Origin: Mycoplasma mobile 163K
GTDB lineage: Bacteria; Bacillota_I; Bacilli_A; Mycoplasmatales; Metamycoplasmataceae
Assembly (NCBI RefSeq): GCF_000008365.1
Contig: NC_006908.1
Span: forward strand, 630,001 to 662,000
Direction of reading: 5' to 3'
DNA length: 32,000 bases
The notes beneath the pieces were generated by a model, which was not told where the DNA came from, ran no database searches, and worked only from the letters and a program-made list of their open reading frames with translations. Positions 9,985 to 24,813 of the stretch are shown one piece after another (the stretch's first letter is position 1; the number at the start of each line of letters is the position of its first letter). Position numbers and translations under genes: made by a program.

Positions 9985-10061
9985 AAACTCCCTACGATAG
10001 TATTAACTAACAGGTTTAAAGGGTATTTCTCAACCGCATCAGCAGTACCCCTGTTCCATGC
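9985..10061 (-). promoter_or_regulatory. TPP (THI-box) riboswitch aptamer
   Basis: Minus-strand RNA: GGAACAGGGGUACUGCUGAUGCGGUUGAGAAAUACCCUUUAAACCUGUUAGUUAAUACUAUCGUAGGGAGUUUC. It matches the conserved TPP aptamer blocks GGGGUGC...CUGAGAAAUACCC...ACCUGAUCUGGAUAAUGCCAGCGUAGGGA, and P1 is GGAAC/GUUUC. Confidence 0.85.
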
Positions 10062-10067
10062 ATAATT

Positions 10068-10073
10068 ATTATA
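10068..10073 (-). promoter_or_regulatory. candidate -10 box (TATAAT) driving the riboswitch and transporter
   Basis: A perfect TATAAT on the minus strand lies about 7 nt upstream of the first riboswitch nucleotides. No convincing -35 is visible. Confidence 0.4.
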
Positions 10074-10137
10074 AACTTTTTGTTAAACAAATTTAGTTTT
10101 TTGAAAAAAAGAGTTATTTAATAGTTGAGGTAGGAAA

Positions 10138-12846
10138 ATGAAGAAAAAGAAATTAAAGAAAAAAACTCTCTTATCTTTAGGGAGTGCTGTATTAGCAACT
10201 GGAATTATTGCTATTATTCCTATTGTTTTAATTAGCAACAAAAACCAAAAAATAAAAGAGAATTTTGTTAGTAATTCTAGTTTTGAATTAAGTCCAAAAG
10301 AAATCGAGGCAATTAATAAAATCAAAAAATTGAGTTTCAAAAATCCAAATATTACTTTTGAAAATCTTAAAAATCTTTCTAATAGAAGAATAAATAACGA
10401 AATAGATTTAAAAGAAATTGATAAAAAATACGAAATAGTTTTAGAAAAATTAGTTTTTTTAGAAGATATTGAATTAAGTAAAGTTACTTTAAAATTTACA
10501 AAACTAAATTCAAATGAAAACGAAAGTAAATCAAGTATTGAAAAAGATTTTTTAATAAAAAAGAGTCCAGAATATTTTTTTGATAATAATGAAGAATTTG
10601 AAATCTTTTTTGAAAAGGAGTTTTTTTACGATTCGAATAATGTGAATTTAAACTCCTTAACTGAATTGGTTAAAATAAATCAAAACAATAACAAATATAA
10701 ATATAGTGTTTCGAAAATTCTTTTAAAGAATAATAAACTGGTAGCCGAAATTAAAAAAACAAGTGACAATAACGAGAAAGAAATTTTATATAAAAAATTA
10801 AAAAATGTAAAATATAATTCTATTCAGTTATTAGAAAATTATGAAAACATCTTCAATAAGATTAAATTCATTGAAATAAAAAACAATAATTTTTTTCAAA
10901 CAAATCTTGATCAAGCTAATTCTTCGCATATAAATATTTCAGGATTAGAAAAAGGAATTAATTACTTTACAAAAAAATTAATAAAAATATCCAAAAACAT
11001 TTACAAAATAAGTTTAGTCATTCATGATTCAAATAGAAACAATTTTATGGAAAAAGAAATTTCATTTTTTAATAACAATATTATAGATATTTTTGATAAT
11101 CAAAAAAGCATTAAAACATCTTTATCTAAAGAACAATTTCTAAGTGATTTTTGATCTTTTGAAGAGAATTTAAACTATTTGGAAAAAGATTTTAATAATT
11201 TGAAAAAAGTGTCCATTTTCAATGATTCTGATGAAAATACTTTAATTGTAATGAAAGATTCAAAAAGTGAAATTAGTAAATTATTTAAAGTTGAATTTTC
11301 ACCTATAAAAAGTGATAATAATGAAAGTTTCCAAAAATATTTTTCACATATAAATAGTGCTCAATTAGTTAAAGAATATGAAAATCTTTTGTCAATAGAG
11401 GAAATTAAGGATCTTATTAAAAAGAATCAGACAAAACTTAAAAAGATTATTAAATTGAATAACTTAGGAAATGATGAATTTATAGATTTCACTATAGATG
11501 AAATCTATAATTCAAGAGAAAATAATACAAAAATTTTAGTTTCTATTTTTAACAAAACAAACACATCAAGCAAAATTCAAAAAGAAATAGTACTATACAA
11601 AATTACTCCTATAAATACTTATGTTCAAAATAAAGTAAATGATTTTAAGAAAAATATAATCTTTAATAGTAATGAATTGAAAAAAATGTCTTTTGAAGAT
11701 TTAAAAGAAGTATGATTTAGAGAAAATAGAAATGAGTTTTTCAATAAATTATTAAAAATTGATTTTCCTATGCATAAAAACATTCGAGTTTATTTTAATA
11801 ATATGATTTTTAAAGGTAATGAAAATAAAAATGTGGAATTTAGAATTAATTTAGCTTATGATTTTGAGTTTGATTATTTTGATTTAGCAAAAATTGACTT
11901 TGAAATGAAACTAGTTGTAGAAAATATAGCTTCCATTTCAGAAATATACTCTAAAATATTAAATGATTATCATCAAAGAATTTGAATTAATTCTCAAAAT
12001 TTATTAAATTTCTCAAATTATAATTTTTATAAGTTCACAAAAGAAGATCTTATTGATAAATTTAACTTCATCAAAAGCGAATTAGTTTTAAACAATAACC
12101 TAAAATTTGAAATTTTAAAATTTGAAAGAGATCTAAATGATAATAAGTATAAAATTGAAACTGACTTGATTCTAGAAAATATTAAGAAAAGTATGAAGTT
12201 TGAAATAACTACATTACAAGTTCCAAGAGAAACTATTTCAAATTTTTTATTAGAAAATGGAGTTAGAATAAATCTCTTATTTAAAAGGAATTTCCAAATA
12301 GAAGGAAATGATGGGTATGTTATTGATTCTAGCAATATTCCCTATGAAAAATCAACGATTTCAATTCCAACATATGTTAATGAAATCAAAGTCATTGGAA
12401 TTGAAAAATTTGCTTTTTTTAACAAAAGGATAAAAAAAGTTTACTTAGGAGCAAATTTAGAATTTATCGGGAAATCTGCTTTTGAAAAAAATGAAATTGA
12501 GGAATTAACAATTCCGGAAAAGATTACAAAAATTCAAGAGAGAGCTTTTTCAAAAAATAAGATATGAGCTATTTCTTTTACTGGAAAATCAATTGCAATT
12601 CAGGAAAATACTTTTAGTTTTAATGTAGTGGAAATTTTGAAGTTAAAAGGTATTATAAACTTTAATAATTTCAATATAAATAATTTTCAGGAAAATAAAA
12701 TTCAATATGGGTGATTTTTTGTGCCTTTATTTAAAACTTCAATTAGAATAATTTATCATGAAACAAATAATGACACTCATACCAAAATAATTAATTCAAT
12801 TAAAAAATTTTCAATAAATCAATGAATCGAAACTAAAATTTATTAA
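10138..12846 (+). CDS. large surface or membrane-anchored protein with C-terminal BspA-type leucine-rich repeats
   Basis: ORFs 10138-11154, 11179-11715, 11770-11985 and 12166-12567 share one frame. The gaps contain only TGA, and I checked 11986-12165 codon by codon. Stop is TAA 12844-12846 (902 aa). GAGGT lies upstream of ATG 10138. The N-terminus KKKTLLSLGSAVLATGIIAIIPIVLIS is signal-like. C-terminal repeats: ISIPTYVNEIKVIGIEKFAFFNKRIKKVYLGANLEFIGKSAFEKNEIEELTIPEKITKIQERAFSKNKI. Confidence 0.75.
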
Positions 12847-12873
12847 AAAAAATTCACTCTTGGTGAATTTTTA
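12845..12873. terminator. bidirectional terminator hairpin shared by the 902-aa gene (+) and the rRNA operon (-)
   Basis: AAAAATTCAC-TCTTG-GTGAATTTTT: 10-bp stem flanked by an A-run and a T-run. It starts at the stop codon of the plus-strand gene and lies about 63 nt beyond the 23S 3' end. Confidence 0.6.
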
Positions 12874-12936
12874 AATTAGTTTCTTTCAAAACTGAATAGC
12901 AATTTATGGACGTTATAAATTTAATACCTTAGAAAA

Positions 12937-15859
<2,923 letters not shown>

Positions 15860-16158
15860 TTCTTGTTTTATGTTTTTTTGAGACCTAATTGTTCTTCTTA
15901 ATTTGTATTTCTAAGGTATCTTATTTTTAATTGGATCAGTTACTTTTATTCCATTTTAAACCTATTTAAAATGGACGTTATGTAAACTTCTTGAATATTG
16001 ATAATTCAAATTTTAATTGCTATTCAGTTTTCAAAGAACTAATCTGAGAGATTATTTTTTTCTTGATCTCTCAAAACTGGATATAAATCTTTTGTATTTT
16101 AAATATTGTGAAAAATATTTTGTCATTTCTATCAATAAAGATAGATCTATGCACTCCG
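15860..16158 (-). other. 16S-23S internal transcribed spacer, no tRNA gene
   Basis: About 300 nt of AT-rich spacer between rrs and rrl. No cloverleaf or T-arm-like GC block is visible. It contains one strand of each rRNA processing stem. Confidence 0.8.
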
Positions 16159-17678
<1,520 letters not shown>

Positions 17679-17930
17679 TTAACGTTATTCCAAATTAAAG
17701 GAATTGTTTTGTGTGATTTATATCCAGTTTTCAAAGATCAATGTTTGTTTGTCTAAATGTACTCTTAATTTTAAAATTCAGGTACTAATTTAGTATACAC
17801 ACAAAAATTTTATTTTTTAAAAATTTTTTTGATTTTTTATTTTCAATATTTTTGACAATATAAAAGTCCTTAAAAACCAAAAGTTATAAAATTTTTGCTC
17901 TATATTTATATCATATATTTTAGTCTTTAG

Positions 17931-17971
17931 AAAAAAAAATAGATATTTTTGCTTTGATAGCAAAAATATCT
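17931..17971 (-). terminator. rho-independent terminator after the ymdB-like gene, insulating the rRNA operon
   Basis: AGATATTTTTGC(T)-TTGAT-(A)GCAAAAATATCT: perfect 12-13 bp stem. On the minus strand it is followed by a run of 9 T. It begins 9 nt after the TAG stop at 17980-17982. Confidence 0.7.
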
Positions 17972-17979
17972 ATAAACAT

Positions 17980-18777
17980 CTATTCATTTACAATAATAAT
18001 TTCATTTTTCATGTTTCTATTTAGTTTTACAATCACTCCATTAAAACTACTATTATTTTTTGAAACTTTAAATTTGTCAGAAGAATTGAATCTCATTTTA
18101 TTATATACTTCTTCAAAATTTGCTCCGATTGCTGCATTTTTTGGACCTGTCATTCCTGCATCAGAAATATAGCAAGTTCCTTTTGGCAAAATTCTAGCAT
18201 CATTTGTTTGTACATGAGTATGAGTTCCAACTACTGCAGAGACTTTTCCATCTAAATATAATCCCAATACGTTCTTTTCACTTGTAGTTTCTGCATGAAA
18301 ATCTATAAAGTGAAAATCATCTGTGGGATTTTCTAAAAAAGGATCGATTGCATCAAAAAAATTATTTGCATATTCTTCTTTTCAGGGAGATAACAATTTA
18401 TTAAAAGTAAGTCCCATTAAAGAAGTAACTCTTAATTTAAAATTTTTAACTCGAAAGACTCTGCTTCCTTTTCCAGGATAATGATTTTCAATATTCAATG
18501 GTCTTATCATATCCTCATTGTCAATAAAATTAAATATTTCTTCTTTTGCTCAAACATGATTCCCAAAAGTAAAGGCATTTACTCCCAATTTTTTGAGTTT
18601 TAAATAGTCGTTATGTCTTATTCCTTTTCTTCCTGATACATTTTCACATTGAGCAATTACAAAATCATAGTTATATTTTTTCTTTAACAAAGGTAAAAAA
18701 TCTCTAACAGATCTAATTCCGGGTTCTCCAAAAACATCCCCAATAAATAAGATTGTTAATTCACTATGTTTATTCAT
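17980..18777 (-). CDS. ymdB: YmdB-like metallophosphoesterase (TIGR00282 family)
   Basis: ORFs 18550-18777 and 17980-18267 share a frame, and I translated the interval by hand (only TGA codons intervene). 265 aa. Motifs: ILFIGDVFGEPG, CENVSGRKG, GNHVW, DFHAETTSEK, GTHTHVQTNDARILPKGTCYISDAGMTG. Confidence 0.85.
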
Positions 18778-18817
18778 GTTTTATATTTTAACTTATAATT
18801 TTGATCTTGAAATTATT

Positions 18818-19813
18818 TTATAAAATTGAATTAACATTTTCCTTTGACAAAGCACTAATTACTTTGGTTAAAATTTCACTATAAAGTGCTTCATTTTTTT
18901 CAAGCAAATCTTTCAAATTAGATTTTCCTTGAGCAATATTTTGATCGTTGTAATAAAATCAAGCACCTTTTCTTGTAATAATTTTTAAATTTTCAGCAAA
19001 TTCTACAGCCTCACTTATTTTACTTATTCCTTTTGAAAAAACAATTTCAGTAAAAGCTTCTTTAAATGGTGCTGATAATTTATTTTTTACAACTTTTATT
19101 TTAATATTATTTCCGCTTATAACCTCACCTGTAGAAACAGAACTAACTTTTCTTACATCTAATCTAATTGAAGAATAAAATTTTAAAGCTCTACCCCCAG
19201 GAGTTGTTTCGGGATTACCAAAAAAAGTTCCAATTTTTTCTCTAATTTGATTAATAAAAATAACTGTTGTTTTCGATTTATTTAAAGATCCTGTAATTTT
19301 TCTAAGAGCTTTTGACATTAATCTAGCTTGGGCACCCATTACTTGGTCTTTCATTTCTCCATTCAATTCTACTTCAGGAACAAGTGCAGCAACAGAATCT
19401 ACTACTATTAAATCAATCGAACTACTTTTTGCAAGAATATCCACAATTTCTAGAGCTTGCTCGCCAGAATCTGGTTGCGATAGAATTAAATTATCAATGT
19501 TCACTCCTAAATTTTTAGCATAATTTGGATCTATAGAATGTTCAGCATCAATAAAAGCAGCTACACCACCACTTTTTTGAATTTCAGCAATTGCATGCAA
19601 AGCAATTGTTGTTTTACCAGAAGATTCTGGACCATATATTTCAATAATTCTTCCTTTTGGAAATCCATTTATCCCTAAAGCATGATCAATAGCTAGTGAT
19701 CCTGTAGAAAAAATTTCCACATTCAAATCTTGCTTTGATCCTAAAAGCATAATCGATTCTTTACCAAATTTTTTTTCAATTTCCATTAGGATGTTTTTTA
19801 TTTCTTTTTCCAT
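18818..19813 (-). CDS. recA: recombinase RecA
   Basis: GAGGT lies upstream of ATG 19813. Walker [10 protein letters not shown], plus [38 protein letters not shown] and [10 protein letters not shown]. The track ORF ends at TGA 18959. Read-through ends at TAA 18818-18820 (331 aa). Confidence 0.95.
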
Positions 19814-19860
19814 ATTTTCTTACCTCATTTACAAATAACTTAAAAAAGGAAGAATTTAAA

Positions 19861-22002
19861 TTAATTTCAAGAATTTTTTAAAATTGCTTCGTCTAAATTT
19901 TTAATAGCATCATCTTCAAGTAAAATTCTTACTGTTATATTTAACTTTTCATTTTTTTCAAATTTGTCTATTATTTGGACTTCAAAAATATTTTTTATTT
20001 TTTTTAATTCTTTTAAATAAGTATCAATACTTTGATTTTTTTCAATTGAAAAAGTTATATCTCTAAATTTTAATGGATCAAAATTATATTCTTTAAATTG
20101 ATTTTTACTAATGTTAAATTCATCTAATAAAATCTCAACAAAAATTAAATCTGAAATTTTAAGACTTGGATTAATTTTTCCCATTCAACCAATTAATTTA
20201 TTCTCATAAAAAATATGAGCACTAGCATTTGGGTGCAAATAATTGTTTTTAGTTTTTCTTAATTCAAATTTGTAACTAAATAATGAAAACAAATCTTTTT
20301 TTATTTCATTAAAAGATTTTTCATTGGAAGCAAAAATTAAAGCCCTTTTTCCTTCGTTAATCATCCCAAAATCAAAAAAATTAATTTTTTCTAATTTTCT
20401 TTTTATATTATATTCTGCAATTTCCAATAAAGAAAATGCTTGTGAATTTCTAATTATTCTTCTTTTTTCTGAAGGAAAAGTTTTCATTAATATTTCAGTT
20501 TTAAAATTAAAAGGATCAAAATTATTATCTTCTTTAGCAACTAAAGAATAAGTTTTTATTTCATTGTAATTTTTTGAAGCTAAAGAAAATTTAAAATCAT
20601 ATTTTTTTTGTATTTTAAAAGGTTTGATTTCAGGTTGCAAAATCGGAAAATTATCATAGCCATAAAAACGAAATAATTCTTCTATCACATCATAAGGGCC
20701 TGTATAATCATGTCTATAAGCAGGGACTAAAATTTTGTCTTCAAAAAATTTAAAACCTAAAATTTCTAAAGATTTTTTTGCATTTATAAATTTTTGTTCC
20801 TTTACAATTTCAAATCCAGCAATTCTATTAATAAAAGTGTGATCAAATAAGATTTCTTTTGGCTTAAGATTTAAATTTATATTTACAATCTCAATTTCTT
20901 CAAAAAGACTTTGCATATATTGAATTGCATTTAATTGCATTCCATGGGAAATTGTTTTAGTTGCTTGTTTAATTTGAGAGCTTTCAAGTTTTAGAGTTTT
21001 TATTGTTTTTCTAACTTCTTTAGGGCTTAAAATATTCATAAATATAAAAAATTCTTTTTGAGAATCTTTAATTTCAAATTCTTTTTGAGTTTCAAGATAA
21101 GGTATTGCAATAATTTCCCTTGATTTTTCAATTACTAAATTATTGTCAATTTTTAAAGTCCTATTAGCAATTTCTAATGAAGAGCTTTTCGAAACAATGT
21201 TTACTTTTTCTAATGATTTTAAATTCAAGAAATGAATTGGCATTCCTGTGTGAATTAAAATTAAATTTTCTAAGTCTTTATAAGTGTTTGTTAATTTCAA
21301 ATGAGATTTTAATAAAAGATATTTATCATATAGTTTCAGTTCTAGTGTCTTTGATTTTACAAAAATTCCTTCTAAATTTGAATTTATTTTTGAAACTCTT
21401 AAATTTTTTAAACAAATTAAATCATTATCAATTTTTGTTCCAAAAAAAGCTGCCAATTCCTTTGCCATTACTAAATATGAAATTGCATCAGAACGATTAG
21501 GTAAAATTGCAAGATCAATTAAATAATCGTGTAATTCTAAATTTGCTATTGGATCTTCATTTAAATTTGCCTCATCTAAAACAATTACATTTTTAGAAAG
21601 CTCTTTTGGAACTAATTTTATTTCAAATCCCAACATTTCATCAAAACCCACTAACATTCCTTCACTTATAATTCCTTTTAAAAGTTTTGACTCTATTAAA
21701 TTATTTGCTAATTTTGAACCTGGAATAAAAGCCATTACATATTTATTAATTTCAACATTTTTAGCAGTTGTTTGAATAATTCTAATTTTATCTTTAAATT
21801 GAATTTCACAGACAGTCAAATTATCAGAATTTTCATTTTTATAAATTTTTAAAACTTTTCCATATTTAATGTTTTCGACATGTCTTATTTCCTTTGTTTC
21901 TTCTACTTCAAAACCAATTAAATTAAATGCCTTGATGACATCTTCAAAAGATATTTCATTAAGATTTGCTAGTTTTTTTAAGTGTTTGTATGAAAAAATC
22001 AT
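19861..22002 (-). CDS. pheT: phenylalanyl-tRNA synthetase beta subunit
   Basis: AAGGAG lies upstream of ATG 22002. The N-terminus MIFSYKHLKKLANLNEISFEDVIKAFNLIGFEVEE is typical of PheT. ORFs 20185-22002 and 19867-20184 share a frame and are joined by TGA. True stop is TAA 19861-19863 (713 aa). Confidence 0.9.
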
Positions 22003-22044
22003 GATACTCCTTTATTAGTTGTTTATATTTTAATTTAAAAGTGT

Positions 22045-23265
22045 TTATTTTGTCTTATTTCTAGATGCTATTTTGATTTTTTCTCAATAAGATTTAATTT
22101 TTTGTTCGTTTTGGTTATTTGCAAATTCAAAAAAATGATTTTTTTCTAATTCAATAGGTAAATAATTTTGATTAACATAATTATTTTCAAAATCATGAGG
22201 ATATAAATACTTAGGTCGATTAAACTTTGCAGAATTTTTATAATGAGTATCTTTTAGATGGTCTGGAATGTCATAAATATTACCATTATTTATTTTGTCT
22301 AAAATTTTGTTCATCGAAACATAAGTACTATTGCTTTTAGGACTTAAAGCAATTTCAATAATTATTTTAGCTAAAATAGTATTTGCTTCAGGAAATCCAA
22401 CTCTTTCAATTGCATTAATTGCTGCATCTACTTTAATTGAAGCATTTGGATTTGCCAATGCAATATCTTCATATGCTACCATGATCAATCTTCTTAGCAA
22501 AGCATCAATGTCGCCTGCTTTTGCTAATAGCATTCCATAATATAATGCTGCATCTGGATCACTACCCCTTAATGATTTATGAAATGCACTTAATGTATCA
22601 TAATGCTTGTCTGCATCTTTATCGGTATAAAAATTCATGGATGGAAAAATTTTTTTAATACTTTCAAAATCAACATTAGTATTTGGATAAATTGTTTCAA
22701 TTAAGTCTAAATTATTTATAGCATTTCTAAAATCACCTGCTGAAAATTTAACAATTGAAAGTAGCAAATCATCATTTATTTTAATTTTCAATTTGTATTT
22801 TTCAATAATGTTTTTTAAACCTTGAAAAATTTCTGTTTCACTCAATTTATTAAAGCGTAAAATTTTTAATCTACTTCTTAAAGATGGAATAATTTTAAAA
22901 TATGGATTTTCAGTAGTAGTTGCATACAAAATGATTTTGTCATCTTCTAAATAACTCAGTAAAATTTCTTGTTTATCTTTATTTAGCCTATGTAATTCAT
23001 CTATAATCAAAATTTTATTAATTGCTAATTTTTCTAATAATTCTTTTTTAGAATGGATTGTGGGATTAAAAACATCATAAGATTCTTGTTTTTCTTTAGC
23101 AATAACTGTTGCAGCAGTTGTTTTACCAATACCACTTTCACCATAAAAAATAAAGCTACTCATTTCTTGTTTTTCAATAATAGCTTTAAATAATTCAATT
23201 AAATGACTTTGACCAACAATATCTTCTAAACGCTCTGGCCTAATTTTATTAGCAAGATTTTTCAC
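22045..23265 (-). CDS. rarA: replication-associated recombination protein A (RarA/MgsA AAA+ ATPase)
   Basis: GTG start at 23265, with an in-frame stop 2 codons upstream. Motifs: RPERLEDIVGQSHL, Walker A GESGIGKTT, Walker B ILIIDELHRLNK, ATTTENP, HYDTLSAFHKSLRGSDPDAALYY. Read-through of TGA 22084 gives TAA 22045-22047 (406 aa). Confidence 0.9.
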
Positions 23266-23286
23266 TATTTATATTTTAACTTAAAC

Positions 23287-23979
23287 TTAAGATAAAAGAG
23301 TTTTATTATTATTCAAATGTAATCTAGCTTGTTTTCAATCAGGATAATATTGTTCTACTAAATTTCAAAATTTTTTTGAATGATTAGGGTGCAAATGGTG
23401 TGCTAGTTCATGAATAATTACATAATCAATAAGATTAGTTTCAAAATGAGCCAACTTAGAATTATATGTAATGTGCATTTTTTTAATTGAATTTGATGCT
23501 CAATTAGTTTCTTTAGGCCTAATTGAAAATTTATGTTCAGGAATTTGCATTTCTTGTTCAAAAATTTTCTGGACTTTTTTTAAATGTAATTCTAAATAAA
23601 ATTTTAGCAGATACTGAATTTTTTGAATAATTGTATTTTCTTCCAAATTTAGCAATTTCACAGTTTTTAAATCTTTAATTTTTAATCAAAAACTACTTCC
23701 GTTTTTCTCCGTTTCAAAATTATATTTTGTTCCAAATAAATAAAAATATTTCTCACTTAAAGAATAAAGTACTTGTACTTCTTTTTTTAAACTTTTTTGA
23801 TGAAATTTTGTAATTCCTTTGGTAACAAAATCAATTAAAATTTTTTCATCTACATGTTTTGGGGTAATTAATGTGTAATTGCCATTTCTTACTTTGAAAT
23901 AAATGTTTTTATTTTTTGAATAAAGTACTTGGACATAAAAAACTTTATCGAAGAGGTTAATTTCAATATGATTTTTCAT
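23287..23979 (-). CDS. DUF45/YgjP-family zinc metallohydrolase (HExxH)
   Basis: ATG 23979 lies 1 nt after the upstream gene's stop. ORF 23686-24090 is continued through in-frame TGA codons to TAA 23287-23289 (230 aa). C-terminal motif DYVIIHELAHHLHPNHSKKFWNLV is typical of DUF45. Confidence 0.8.
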
Positions 23980-23980
23980 T

Positions 23981-24748
23981 TTAGTTGTCTTTTTTTGCTT
24001 TTTCTCTTGCTTGGTTTCTATGTAAAGAAATGTCTGATAATTTATTAGTTCTATGAGACTTAATAGTTTTTTGCAAGTCTTGCATATCACTGTAGCTTAT
24101 TTTAGTTTCTAAAGCTAATTGAGCAGTGTCTAAAGAAGTATATAAATCTTTATGTTGAATTAACAAAACATGTTTTGGAATATTACTTATTTGCAATTCT
24201 GAAACTTTATTAGAAAAAATTACTAAAGAAATAATTGGAATTTTTTTCTTAATGATTCTAATAATATGTTCAATATGTCTGTTATTTTGTAAAATGGGAT
24301 TATAGAAAGTAAATACTTGATTTCCTAAAACTTTTTTCCAATCTTTTACTTCTCCGTCACCTTTAATAATTCCTGTCATACTTTTTATTTCAACAACTAT
24401 AATTGCTCGATTTGTAATTAAAATACTATCAATTTCAAAAAGTTTATTATCATCGTATTTATATAATGAAGAATTTATAAAAATACTTTTTGACTGTTTA
24501 GATCAAGCTTTTAAAGATGAATTAATTCTTTTCTCGGCTACTTCACCTATTTTTTTAATAATTCTATTTTTAGAATTTTGCCTAAATAAAAAAATAAAAA
24601 TTGCAATTAATAAAATCATAAACAAAAGAAGACCCACAATTAAACCACTAACAAATGTTGTAAAATCATTAGGATTTAATGTTGGAGTAGGGGTAGGGGT
24701 TGGAGTTGGAATCACACTACGATTTATAAAAGATAAAGAGTTGTTCAT
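23981..24748 (-). CDS. membrane-anchored NERD (nuclease-related domain) protein
   Basis: ORFs 24503-24748 and 23981-24379 share a frame and are joined by TGA 24503-24505 (255 aa). N-terminus: (PT)5 stretch, then TM helix FVSGLIVGLLLFMILLIAIFIFLF, then RQNSKNRIIKK. NERD core: FEIDSILITNRAIIVVEIKSMTGIIKGDGEVKDW....FYNPILQNNRHIEHI. Confidence 0.75.
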
Positions 24749-24758
24749 ATTAAAATTA

Positions 24759-24764
24759 ATTTTA
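24759..24764 (-). promoter_or_regulatory. candidate -10 (TAAAAT) for the NERD-to-ymdB minus-strand run, near-leaderless
   Basis: TAAAAT on the minus strand ends 10 nt before ATG 24748. It overlaps the -35 of the divergent rpsT promoter. Confidence 0.3.
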
Positions 24765-24790
24765 CAACATTTTTTTGTTTTTGGTATAAT
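24761..24790 (+). promoter_or_regulatory. rpsT promoter (-35 TTTACA, 18-nt spacer, extended -10 TGgTATAAT)
   Basis: TTTACA at 24761-24766, TGG at 24782-24784, TATAAT at 24785-24790, AGGAG at 24803-24807, ATG at 24814. Confidence 0.6.
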
Positions 24791-24813
24791 TAAAATCTAA
24801 ATAGGAGATAGTC

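Noticed and set aside
10083-10340. Antisense or overlapping track ORFs: 10083-10340(-), 2452-2661(-), 3643-3852(+), 12027-12335(-), 17954-18172(+), 20324-20551(+), 21177-21500(+), 22331-22540(+), 24762-24977(-), 27312-27542(-), 28579-28773(+), 30659-30886(+)
   Set aside because: Each lies opposite a well-supported gene, has low-complexity Phe/Leu/Lys/Ile composition typical of antisense AT-rich frames, and lacks start signals.
12847-12936. 5S rRNA gene downstream of 23S
   Set aside because: The space is too short (about 90 nt including a terminator hairpin) and AT-rich. No 5S-like helices are present.
17740-17930. Precise rRNA operon promoter (for example TATACT at 17792-17797 on the minus strand, or TTGAAA/TTGTCA boxes further upstream)
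   Set aside because: Several weak candidates exist, but none combines a good -35, correct spacing and a good -10. I cannot choose one from sequence alone.
23980-24090. Track start at 24090 (MICKTCKK...) for the DUF45 gene
   Set aside because: This extension overlaps the 3' end of the NERD gene in another frame. ATG 23979 (MKNHIEINLF) abuts the NERD stop and gives the normal DUF45 length.
24684-24712. (Pro-Thr)5 stretch in the NERD protein as a slippage-prone phase-variation repeat
   Set aside because: At the DNA level the codons differ (CCA ACT CCA ACC CCT ACC CCT ACT CCA ACA), so there is no perfect tandem repeat to slip. It is more likely a short extracellular linker.
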